From an uncultured Planctomycetia bacterium (lineage in GTDB: Bacteria > Planctomycetota > MHYJ01 > WSZJ01): 64,000 nt of DNA. Numbering within the stretch: the stretch's first letter is position 1; every line of letters starts with the position of its first letter. The translations under genes were made by a program, and so were the position numbers. Shown piece after piece: positions 28,117-36,882 of this stretch. The stretch covers positions 83,880 through 147,879 of the forward strand of contig CAZPWT010000008.1 in the NCBI GenBank assembly GCA_964590435.1, given 5' to 3'. Below the pieces are notes generated by a model. The model ran no database searches and was not told the DNA's origin. It worked only from the letters and a program-made list of their open reading frames with translations.

Positions 28117-29205
28117 TTACCCCTTCTCCGGCCCTCTCGACCCGAGCTCGCGATCGATCTCGAGCAGCGCCACGGGATCGTTCTTGATGAGATTGAACTT
28201 CGCGACGATGTCCCGCGCCTGCTTCTCCTCTTCCACCTGCTCCGTCAGGAACCACTGCAGCTCGACCATGAGCGAGAAGGCCTTCTCCTTCTGGGCCAGC
28301 TCGTACAGCGCGTCGATCCGCTTCGAAACGCTCAGCTCCTGCGCCAGCGCCGCCTCGAAGACCTCCTGCATGCTCTTGAACTTCACCTTCGGCTCCGGGA
28401 TCGCGTTCAGCTTCACGCCGCCTCCACGGTTCTGGAGGAAGTCGAGCAGCTTCATGGCGTGCCCGTATTCCTCGGAGCTCTGGATCCGGAGCCACTTCGC
28501 AAATCCGTGAAAGTGGTTCGCGGAGCAGTGGGCGGACATCGCGAGGTAGGTGTAGGAAGAGACGAGCTCGTTGTTGATCTGCTCGTTGACGGCTTCGAGG
28601 ACGTTGGCGGTGACCATGGCGGCTCCTTTGGAGTGGGAGGGTCGGGACGGCGGCGCATTCTGCGTATGGAGGGCGGGAAGCGCAACTCCTTGTAGCGTGG
28701 AGATTTCTGGCCAGCCGTAGCCGGCGTGGGGGAGGTCCTGGGAACCGAAGCGGGAGGACTTCTCGCCGGCGGGGCGGCCGCCGAGGGACTCGTAGAAGCG
28801 GCGGGAGGGGGCGTTGTCGCGGAGGACCCAGAGGACCATGGCGCGGTGGCCGGCGGCAGCCAGGTCGCGGGCGAGGGCGGCGACGAGGGCGCTTCCCAGG
28901 CCTTTTCCTGCAAAGGCTTTGCGGATGTAAATCGCGTACAGCTCGGCGTCGTATTCGGTGTCGAGATCGCGGTTGGGGCCCCCCGTCGCGAACCCCACGA
29001 CTTTGCCGCGCACCTCCGCCACGAACGTGATCGTCCCGGGCGTCGCCAGCCGCTGGCGGCGGCGCTTCTCGAAGTCCGCGTACGACAGCGATTTCAGGTA
29101 AGCGGCGTCGACGATGCCGCGGTAGGCGGTGCGCCACGTGTCGACGTGGACGCGGGCGATCGCCGGCGCGTCGGATTCGGTCGCGGGTCGGATGCGCGGG
29201 GTCAT
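28117..29205 (-). CDS. GNAT N-acetyltransferase and ferritin in one uninterrupted frame (ferritin domain 28117..28617 has its own ATG and RBS)
   Basis: GNAT N-terminus (MTPRIRPATESDAPAIARVHVDTW..GKGLGSALVAAL..RFYESLGG), Pro/Ala linker, then ferritin (VLEAVNEQINNELVSSYTYLAMSAHC..EEYGHAMKLLDFL) with no stop between; AAGGAG 5 nt before the internal ferritin ATG; GNAT ATG overlaps upstream stop. Confidence 0.6.
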   Translation of the reverse strand: MTPRIRPATESDAPAIARVHVDTWRTAYRGIVDAAYLKSLSYADFEKRRRQRLATPGTITFVAEVRGKVVGFATGGPNRDLDTEYDAELYAIYIRKAFAGKGLGSALVAALARDLAAAGHRAMVLWVLRDNAPSRRFYESLGGRPAGEKSSRFGSQDLPHAGYGWPEISTLQGVALPALHTQNAPPSRPSHSKGAAMVTANVLEAVNEQINNELVSSYTYLAMSAHCSANHFHGFAKWLRIQSSEEYGHAMKLLDFLQNRGGGVKLNAIPEPKVKFKSMQEVFEAALAQELSVSKRIDALYELAQKEKAFSLMVELQWFLTEQVEEEKQARDIVAKFNLIKNDPVALLEIDRELGSRGPEKG

Positions 29206-30197
29206 GCGGGGACGGCGCTTCGACTGAGGAAGCGTCCCATCGCGAGGAACCACGGGCAAAGGAGGACGGTGAGGAGGGCGGTGGTGACCTTGATGGCGGC
29301 GAGGGAGTCGGCGAGGCCGGCGGCGGTCATGGCGAAGCCGGTGAGCCAGAGGGCCCAGGTCCAGGCGCGGAGCCAGCGCGGGAGGGCGGGGGTGGCGAGC
29401 GTGAGGACGACGCCGGCGACGCAATAGAGGCCGTTGGCGAAGATCGTGGTGATGAGGCCGAGGGCATGGGGCCAGTGGCGCGGGACTTCGGAAGTGCCGA
29501 ACGCGAGGACCGCTTCGCAGCCGAGGTCGAACGTGGCACCGATGCAGGCGAGCGCGAAGGCGGCGCGACTGGCGCGGGACGACGGGAGGAAGGAGCCCCA
29601 CCAGCCGTAGAACGCGATGAGGGTGAGTGCGCCGAGCATCCAGAGGCCCCAGCTGGCGGCCCAGCGGGGCTCGACGCCCTGGAACCACACGAACCTTTCG
29701 CGGCCGAGGGGGTCCTTCTCGAAGTACGGCGCGATCACGAACGCCATCGCGAACGCCGCGGCCGTGTGGACGACCGCGGCGGCCCACGGCGCGGCGCGGC
29801 GGATCGACGTCCCGATGTCGTGTCCGTCGAGCAGCCGCAGACCGAATGGCAGGAAGCGCGCGAGGGACGTGAACACGGGGACGACCAGCAGCAGCGGGGA
29901 CGCGCCGCGGGAGACGAGAAGCGCCCAGAGCCCCGCGTCGGCGGCGGACGCGACGAACCCGGCGAGCGCCGCGACGCCGTGCCACTTCGGGCGGAACGCG
30001 GCGAGACAGAAAACCGCCGCCAGGGAGACATGGAAGCCGCCGTAAACGCGCGCCCCAAGCTCGAGCCCGGCGTCGCGCCAAAGCAGCTGCCGCACGCCCT
30101 CGAACGCCAGGATCGCCACCAGGGCAAGACAGGCGCTGATCGCGGCCGCATGCGCGAACACGAACGCATGGCATTCCTCGCGCCGCGGATGGCTCAT
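29202..30197 (-). CDS. Multi-pass membrane protein, hypothetical
   Basis: Several hydrophobic helices; stop overlaps GNAT start (ATGA); start chosen at internal Met (ORF extends to 30320). Confidence 0.55.
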   Translation of the reverse strand: MSHPRREECHAFVFAHAAAISACLALVAILAFEGVRQLLWRDAGLELGARVYGGFHVSLAAVFCLAAFRPKWHGVAALAGFVASAADAGLWALLVSRGASPLLLVVPVFTSLARFLPFGLRLLDGHDIGTSIRRAAPWAAAVVHTAAAFAMAFVIAPYFEKDPLGRERFVWFQGVEPRWAASWGLWMLGALTLIAFYGWWGSFLPSSRASRAAFALACIGATFDLGCEAVLAFGTSEVPRHWPHALGLITTIFANGLYCVAGVVLTLATPALPRWLRAWTWALWLTGFAMTAAGLADSLAAIKVTTALLTVLLCPWFLAMGRFLSRSAVPA

Positions 30198-30598
30198 GGC
30201 CGGGCGGCTACTTCCGCCCTTCCTTCCGCTTTGCGAACTCCCCCGAGCGCGCGACTGCCTCGTCGAGCGCCTCTGCCCGGAGGACGTTTCCGCCGCGCCG
30301 TTCGCAGAGGGGCGCGGCATGTGCGGTGCGCATAGAAGTTCCTCAAGGAGTCCTGGGCCGGCGACGATAGCACGGGCACAAACGCCTCCACAAAGTCGAG
30401 CTGCATGTCTCGTTCCACGGGGTCCTTCGCGGAAGCGCGAGAGGCGGACCGGGGGGTCGAGCGGTCGGGGCGAGCGCAGCGACGCCGCCCGCCGTTCGGC
30501 GGCGTCGCGCAGCGAGGTCCGACCGCCGACCCCCCGGTTCGCCTCTCGCGCTTCCGGTGGATTGACATGCGCGCCCCCGGTCCCTCAGACTCCGCCGC

Positions 30599-33100
30599 AT
30601 GGCAACGCCGCTCATGGAGCAGTACCTCGCGATCAAGCGACAGCATCCCGACGACCTGCTGTTCTTCCGCCTCGGCGACTTCTACGAAATGTTCTACGAG
30701 GACGCGAAGACGGCGGCGCGGGCGCTGGGGATCACGCTGACGTCGCGGTTCAAGGGCGAGCAGGCGGTGCCGATGGCGGGCGTGCCCGTCGTCTCGTACG
30801 AGAACTACGTCGCGAAGCTGCTGCGCGCCGGGTTCCGGGTGGCGGTGTGCGAGCAGACGCAGGACGCGGAGGAGGCGGAAGGGCTGGTCGAGCGCGGCGT
30901 CGTGCGCGTCATGACCCCCGGGACGCTGACGGAGCAGAACCTGCTCCACGCAAAGTCCGCGAACTTCCTCGCGGCGGCGTGCCCCACGAAGGGCGGCGTG
31001 TTCTCGCTGGCGTGGGCGGATCTTTCGACGGGGCAGTTTTACGCCGAAGGGCTTCCGGAGCGGGAGCTGCTCGACGAACTGACGCGGCTGGCCCCGACGG
31101 AACTGCTCGTGCCCGAGAATCTGCGCGAGGCAGAGTGGCTCGCACCCGTGAAAGACGCGCTCAAGGTCTGCGTGACCCCGGCGCCGGAGTGGGACTTCGA
31201 ACCCGCGCGGAGCGACGAGATCCTCGGGAAGCACTTCGGCACCGCCGGCACCGGCGGCTTCGGGCTCGAGGGGATCCCGCTTCCCGCCGCGGCCGCGATC
31301 GTCGAGTACCTGCGGCGGACGCAGCGGACGGAGCTGCGGCACCTCGCGCGGCTGCTGCCGTTCTCGCGGGACGGCCGCGTGTTCCTCGACCGGGCGACGC
31401 AGCTCGGGCTCGAGCTGACGCGGACGATGCGCGGTGGCGACGACGGCGAGACGCTGCTCGGCGTCCTCGACCGCACCTCGACCGCGATGGGCGCGCGGCT
31501 CCTGCGCGACTGGCTCCTCTGCCCGCTCCGCGACGTCCCCGCCATCCGCCGCCGCCACGACGCCGTCCAGGAACTCGCCGAGCAGCACCTCTTCCGACAG
31601 GAACTCCAGGCCGCCATGCGCCGCATGGGCGACCTCGAGCGCCTCGCCGCCCGCCTCGGCTCCGGCCGCGCCAACGCCCGCGACCTCGCCGGCGTCGCTG
31701 TCACGCTGCTCCAGGTCCCTGAGCTGAAGGAAGCGCTCGCCACGGCGAAGACCGCGCTCGTCGGCGACGTCGCCGCTTCCCTCGACCCGCAGGAAGACCT
31801 CGCCGCGACGCTGACCCGCGCCCTCACGGAAGATCCGCCGATGACGCTCAAGGAGGGCGGGCTCATCCGCGACGGCTTCGACGAGGAACTCGACCGACTC
31901 CGCTCGCTCCAGCGTGACGGCCAGTCGTGGATCGCGCGGTTCCAGGCGGACGAGCAGAAGCGCACCGGGATCCCGGTGAAGGTCGGGTTCAACCAGGTGT
32001 TCGGGTATTACATCGAGATCACGCACGCGCAGGCCGGGAAGGGCGAAGTGCCGCCGGAGTACATCCGCAAGCAGACGACGAAGAACGCGGAGCGGTACAT
32101 CACGCCGGCGCTGAAGGAACACGAGACGGAGGTCCTGAACGCGGACACGGCGGGGAAGAAGCGGGAGTACGAAGTGCTGCTCGAGCTGCGCGAGCGGGCG
32201 GCGAAGGGCGTGGCGACGCTGCTGCGGACGGCCGCGGCGATCGCGGAGCTCGACGTGGTCGCTTCGATGGCGCAGGTGGCGGTCGAGCACCGCTACGCGC
32301 GCCCCGTCGTCGACGAGTCCGGCGCGCTGGAGATCAAGGACGGGCGCCACCCGGTGCTGGAGAGGTTCACGCAGGACCGCTTCGTCCCGAACGACGCTGC
32401 TCTCGACACCGACGGCGCGCGCATCGGCCTGATCACGGGGCCGAACATGGCGGGGAAATCGACGTACATCCGGCAGGTGGCGCTGATCGCGCTGATGGCG
32501 CAGGCCGGGAGTTTCGTGCCGGCCGCCGCGGCCCGGATCGGCGTCGTGGACCGCATCTTCACCCGCGTCGGCGCCGGCGACGAGCTCACGCGCGGGAACT
32601 CGACGTTCATGGTCGAGATGAACGAAACCGCCGCGATCCTGCACAACGCCACGGCGCGGTCGCTCGTCATCCTCGACGAGATCGGCCGCGGCACTTCCAC
32701 TTTCGACGGCCTCTCCATCGCCTGGGCCGTCACCGAGTACCTCCACGACCGCGTCGGCGCCCGCACGCTCTTCGCCACCCACTACCACGAGCTCACTGCG
32801 CTCGCCCGCGCGCTCCCCGGCCTCCGCAACCTCCACCTCCACGTCCGCGAGCACCAGGGGCGCATCGTCTTCACGCACCGCATCGGCCAGGGCGCGACCG
32901 ACAAGTCCTACGGCGTCCACGTCGCGCAGCTCGCCGGGCTGCCCAAGCCCGTCGTCGAACGGGCGGGGCAGATCCTGAAGCGCCTCGAGGACCAGGAGCT
33001 GGAGGTCGCGGACCGGCCGAAGTTCGCGCGGCAGGCGAGCGCGGCGAAGGCGCTGCAGCGGTCGCTGTTCGGGGAGGACAGCGCGCGGGAGAAGCCATAG
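30599..33100 (+). CDS. mutS: DNA mismatch repair protein MutS
   Basis: N-terminus MATPLMEQYLAIKRQHPDDLLFFRLGDFYEMFYEDA; Walker A GPNMAGKSTYIRQ; 833 aa. Confidence 0.9.
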   Translation: MATPLMEQYLAIKRQHPDDLLFFRLGDFYEMFYEDAKTAARALGITLTSRFKGEQAVPMAGVPVVSYENYVAKLLRAGFRVAVCEQTQDAEEAEGLVERGVVRVMTPGTLTEQNLLHAKSANFLAAACPTKGGVFSLAWADLSTGQFYAEGLPERELLDELTRLAPTELLVPENLREAEWLAPVKDALKVCVTPAPEWDFEPARSDEILGKHFGTAGTGGFGLEGIPLPAAAAIVEYLRRTQRTELRHLARLLPFSRDGRVFLDRATQLGLELTRTMRGGDDGETLLGVLDRTSTAMGARLLRDWLLCPLRDVPAIRRRHDAVQELAEQHLFRQELQAAMRRMGDLERLAARLGSGRANARDLAGVAVTLLQVPELKEALATAKTALVGDVAASLDPQEDLAATLTRALTEDPPMTLKEGGLIRDGFDEELDRLRSLQRDGQSWIARFQADEQKRTGIPVKVGFNQVFGYYIEITHAQAGKGEVPPEYIRKQTTKNAERYITPALKEHETEVLNADTAGKKREYEVLLELRERAAKGVATLLRTAAAIAELDVVASMAQVAVEHRYARPVVDESGALEIKDGRHPVLERFTQDRFVPNDAALDTDGARIGLITGPNMAGKSTYIRQVALIALMAQAGSFVPAAAARIGVVDRIFTRVGAGDELTRGNSTFMVEMNETAAILHNATARSLVILDEIGRGTSTFDGLSIAWAVTEYLHDRVGARTLFATHYHELTALARALPGLRNLHLHVREHQGRIVFTHRIGQGATDKSYGVHVAQLAGLPKPVVERAGQILKRLEDQELEVADRPKFARQASAAKALQRSLFGEDSAREKP

Positions 33101-33183
33101 TCGTTGCCTGCCGGCCGTTTGCACTTCTCGCCTCGCCCCCGCCTCAAGCTATACTCCCCGCCTCATCCTCCGGAGAACGCCCC

Positions 33184-33585
33184 ATGGAAATGCGCGAACT
33201 GCTGAAGAAGACCGTCGAGCAGGGAAAGTGGATCAACATCCGCGAGTCCGGCGGAAGCTGGACCGTGACGCTGGACCTCAAGGGCGGCCGGAAACAGACC
33301 GTGCTGGTGTCGACGTTCGAGGAGGGCGGGCATGCGTACGGCCGCCTCAAGTCGAAGGTCGGCCCCGCCGCGGCGCTGTCGAGCCAGCGGCCGACGATGG
33401 CGCTGCGCATGAACGCCGGCCTCACGCACGGGTCGCTCTGCATCGACGGGGAGGACCTCGTCATCCAGGAGACGCTGATGCTCTCCGAGACGACGCCGAC
33501 GCACCTGCTCGCGTCCCTTCAGTACATCGGCGAAGCGGCGGACCGGTACGAGAAGACGATGGCGGGCGGCTCGGACAAACATTAG
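33184..33585 (+). CDS. Small hypothetical protein
   Basis: ATG 33184; 133 aa with globular-looking composition; the longer ORF upstream is Arg-rich. Confidence 0.5.
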   Translation: MEMRELLKKTVEQGKWINIRESGGSWTVTLDLKGGRKQTVLVSTFEEGGHAYGRLKSKVGPAAALSSQRPTMALRMNAGLTHGSLCIDGEDLVIQETLMLSETTPTHLLASLQYIGEAADRYEKTMAGGSDKH

Positions 33586-33591
33586 GTCTGC

Positions 33592-34800
33592 CTAGAGGCG
33601 CTGCCAGCCGGCATCCAGAAGGTCTTTCGTCTCCGCAGGCCACCGGCTCGGGTCCGGCGCGGAATCTTCGAGCGCCTCGAGGATGTCGCGCAGGCGCCGC
33701 CTGGCTTCGGGCGAAGCGGACTTCAGCGCTTCCCGCATCGCGGTGAGGGCTTTGCGCCCGAGGGATCGCAGTTTCGCATCGGCGGCCTCGCGCGTTTGCA
33801 GCGCCTCGGCTCCCAGGTCGGCCAGCGCGGCGGCGATCGCGGTGGATTCGTCGGCGGTCGGCGCGCCCGACGCCGACTCGCGGCCCGTGGCGTCGCCGAG
33901 ATCTCTTCCCCAGACCTGCCCGTCTTCGCTCACGACGAGCGTCAGCCAGCCGGTCACGCCGTGCTCGGCGGGAATCGCGAGGAACGCGAACTTTCCCGGG
34001 TTCTCCCAGGCATTCGTGTCGGGGTCCGCGCCATCAGTCGGGAGCGGATGGCCGGCCTCGTCGGACGCGAGCGCGGCGAACCGGTAGCCGTTCCACGGCG
34101 CGGCGGGCGCTGCGGCGGTGAGCTGCGGCCTGGCGGCGCCGGAAGCCGGAAGCGGCCTGAGATCGGCGGCGGCGGCTTCGGGCGGAATCAGGGTGAGAGG
34201 CTTGCCGTCGCCGTCCGCCAGGCGCGCGAGCCCCGACCAGTCCCCCGTCCAGAAGTCCGCGGCGCCGTTGCCGTCGAGGTCGCCGTCGCGCAGCTTCGTC
34301 TCCGCCGCAACCGCCGCCTTCAGCACCCGCAGCGCTTCCCCCTGGTTCCGCAGCGGACGGTGCGCCTCGCGCCCCGGCTGGAACTTGCCCTTCGACCAGG
34401 TCATGACCAGCACGGTGCCGCGGTCGATCGCGACGGCGACAACGCGCTCGCCGCCTTCGACGGGGGAAGATCGCTCGAAGCTCATCAGCGGGGCGATCGC
34501 CAGCGCCCGCTCGTTTTCCTCCGCGTCCCCCTCGACAAGCGCGCCGATGAACTCGCGGTCTTTCCGCGCGATCGCCGTCGCCAGGAACCTCCACGCCTCG
34601 CGGCTGTCCGCCGGCGCCCCCGGCAGCGCCCAGTCGACCTTCGCCTGGCAGGAGTAGCACTGGCTCGCGCCCCACCCGAGCGTCGATTCGCAGTACGGGC
34701 ACGCCGCCGACACCGTCTCCCGGTCCCACTCGGGGGGAAGCGCGGCTGCGGGAAGCGCCGTGAGGAGCACGGCCGTCAGGAGCCCGCGCGCCGCCCGCAT
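33592..34800 (-). CDS. Secreted hypothetical protein
   Basis: Signal peptide MRAARGLLTAVLLTALPAAALP at an internal ATG of ORF 33592..36039; stop 2 nt from upstream gene. Confidence 0.6.
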   Translation of the reverse strand: MRAARGLLTAVLLTALPAAALPPEWDRETVSAACPYCESTLGWGASQCYSCQAKVDWALPGAPADSREAWRFLATAIARKDREFIGALVEGDAEENERALAIAPLMSFERSSPVEGGERVVAVAIDRGTVLVMTWSKGKFQPGREAHRPLRNQGEALRVLKAAVAAETKLRDGDLDGNGAADFWTGDWSGLARLADGDGKPLTLIPPEAAAADLRPLPASGAARPQLTAAAPAAPWNGYRFAALASDEAGHPLPTDGADPDTNAWENPGKFAFLAIPAEHGVTGWLTLVVSEDGQVWGRDLGDATGRESASGAPTADESTAIAAALADLGAEALQTREAADAKLRSLGRKALTAMREALKSASPEARRRLRDILEALEDSAPDPSRWPAETKDLLDAGWQRL

Positions 34801-34802
34801 CG

Positions 34803-36788
34803 CTACACGCCGGCCGCAAGCAGCTCGAACACCTGCGCGCCGTGCCGCTTGATCGCCGGGACCAGCCCCTGCTCGCGCATCAGCGACTTCACGATCGGCG
34901 TCAGGGCCTCCGCCCGGAATTTCTTCCCCGTGGACGGCAGCACGATCTCGCCGGTGTTCACATTCACCGACAGCTCCGTGTCGTCGTTGACCGCGGCGTA
35001 GAACGCGTCGTCGCTCACGAGCAGGAACGGAAGCGCCTCGTTGACGAGGTTGCGCTTGTGGATGAAGGCGTAGCTCCGCGCGATGACGAGCTTGATGCCG
35101 GCGCCCTGAAGCGCCCAGACGGCTTGCTCGCGCGAGGAGCCGCTTCCCCATCCCGAGCCGGCCACGACGATGTTCTGCCCTTTGCGGACCCGCTCGGCGA
35201 ACCCCGGCTTGACGAAGTGGAAGCACTTCTCGCCCAGGTCCTCGAGCTTCGTCAGGTGGCAGAACTCGCCGGGGATGATGGCGTCGGTGTCGATGTTGTC
35301 GCCGAACTTCTGGGCGCGGCCGCGGACGATCCAGGCCTCGACGACGGCGCTGTCGCCCGAGGCGGCCTGGGCGGGGACGACGTCGAGTTCGGGCTCGGTG
35401 GTGACGACGTTGGGGAGCGGGGCCTTGCGGTCGCGGCCGAGGAGTTTCTCGAAGCGGTCGCGGTCGACGCGGGCGAGGAGGGCGCGCGGATCGGCGACTT
35501 TCATGAGGACGGCGGAGGCGGCGACGGTGGCGCCGGAGGCCAGCCACGCGAGCGAGCCTTCGCCCATGCGGTTCGGGAAGTTGCGGTTCTGCGACGAGAG
35601 CCACGTCTCGCCCTTGCCGGCCTTTTCGCTCGCGATGCCGAGGCACATCGAGCAGCCGGGGACGGAGACGCGGAAGCCGGCCTGCTCGTAGATCTTCCAG
35701 AGGCCGGCGGCGGCGAGGTTGCGCTGGATGGCGAGGTCGCCGGGGACGACGATGCGCTTGTTCGAGGCGACGGGCTTCTGATCCTTGAGCGCCTGCTCCA
35801 GGACGAGCGCGGACAGCACGAGCTCCTCTTCCGTCGTCGTGCACGCGCCGATGAACGCGCCGTCGAGGTGCATCCCCGCGTTCTGCTCCGCCGTGAACAC
35901 GTTGTCCGGGCTGAACGGCTTCGCGACCAGCGGCACGATCTTCGACAGGTCGATCGGGTACTTCGCGACGTACGGCGCCCCGGCGTCCGCCCGGAACCAC
36001 CGCGCGCCGTCCTTGTGCGACTTGCGCTTCGAAAGCCACGCCGCCACCTGTCCGTCGGCCTCAAAGATCCCGTTGAGCCCGCCGAACTCGGCGGTCATGT
36101 TGGCGATCGTGAAGCGTGCGTCGGTGGTGAGCTCGCGGACGCCTTCGCCGCGGTACTCGACGGAGCGTTCCATGGCGACGCTGTTGCGGCCGAGGTCGCC
36201 GAGCGTCTTGAGGATGACGTCCTTGCCGCCGATCCCGAACTGCGGTTTGCCGGAATACACGACCTCGATCGCCTCGGGGACCTCGATCCAGCTCGTCCCG
36301 AGCACCATCGCGGCCGTGATGTCCGCGCCTCCGAGGCCGATGGCAAACGCGCCCATCCCGCCGTGCGACGACGTGTGCGAATCCGCGCCCAGCACGATCT
36401 CGCCGGGCTGCACCAGCTCGCGGTAGAACTTCGTGTGCAGGATCGTCTCGTTCGCGTCGTAGAAGTGCGTGATCCCCGCTTCCTTGGCGAAGTCGCGCGA
36501 CAGCTGCGTCAGCTTCTGGGCGCGCTTGTCGGACGCCAGCGTGATCGGGTCGACGGTGTGGTCGACGGCGAGGAAGAACCGGTCCTTGTCGTGAACCGGG
36601 GGGCGGCCGAGCATTTCGTAGGTGCGGTCCATCCCGTTCCAGGCGAGTTCGCTGGCGATGGTCCAGTCGACCTTGACCTGGAGGATGTCGCCGGTCTCGA
36701 CGGTGGGCTTGGTGAGGCCGATCGCGTGCGCTGCGAGGATCTTCTGGGTGAGCGTCATGGGTTTGGAACTGTTCATAGGGGCGATCAT
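34803..36788 (-). CDS. Aconitase-family dehydratase with fused large and small subunits (3-isopropylmalate dehydratase LeuC/LeuD-like)
   Basis: Catalytic domain motifs (GACTTTEE, VPGCSMCLGI, SQNRNFPNRMG) and C-terminal swivel domain (GDNIDTDAIIPGEF, IVVAGSGWGSGSSREQA). Confidence 0.8.
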   Translation of the reverse strand: MIAPMNSSKPMTLTQKILAAHAIGLTKPTVETGDILQVKVDWTIASELAWNGMDRTYEMLGRPPVHDKDRFFLAVDHTVDPITLASDKRAQKLTQLSRDFAKEAGITHFYDANETILHTKFYRELVQPGEIVLGADSHTSSHGGMGAFAIGLGGADITAAMVLGTSWIEVPEAIEVVYSGKPQFGIGGKDVILKTLGDLGRNSVAMERSVEYRGEGVRELTTDARFTIANMTAEFGGLNGIFEADGQVAAWLSKRKSHKDGARWFRADAGAPYVAKYPIDLSKIVPLVAKPFSPDNVFTAEQNAGMHLDGAFIGACTTTEEELVLSALVLEQALKDQKPVASNKRIVVPGDLAIQRNLAAAGLWKIYEQAGFRVSVPGCSMCLGIASEKAGKGETWLSSQNRNFPNRMGEGSLAWLASGATVAASAVLMKVADPRALLARVDRDRFEKLLGRDRKAPLPNVVTTEPELDVVPAQAASGDSAVVEAWIVRGRAQKFGDNIDTDAIIPGEFCHLTKLEDLGEKCFHFVKPGFAERVRKGQNIVVAGSGWGSGSSREQAVWALQGAGIKLVIARSYAFIHKRNLVNEALPFLLVSDDAFYAAVNDDTELSVNVNTGEIVLPSTGKKFRAEALTPIVKSLMREQGLVPAIKRHGAQVFELLAAGV

Positions 36789-36834
36789 AGAAGGGGTCCG
36801 GGGGGATGCGAAGCGATAATCCCGGGCGAAAAAG

Positions 36835-36871
36835 CCGGCGCCGCCCGGCCGTGGAAGGCGGGCGGCGCCGG
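36835..36871. terminator. Hairpin terminator downstream of the large lipoprotein gene
   Basis: Perfect 13-bp stem CCGGCGCCGCCCG / CGGGCGGCGCCGG with 11-nt loop; A-run on plus gives a U-run after the hairpin on the minus-strand transcript. Confidence 0.5.
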
Positions 36872-36882
36872 GGAGAAATCGG

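Noticed and set aside
29206-30174. Upstream extension of the GNAT-ferritin ORF to 685 aa
   Set aside because: Pure Arg/Pro low-complexity sequence that is antisense-frame overlap with the membrane-protein gene; the GNAT domain begins at ATG 29205, which overlaps the upstream stop.
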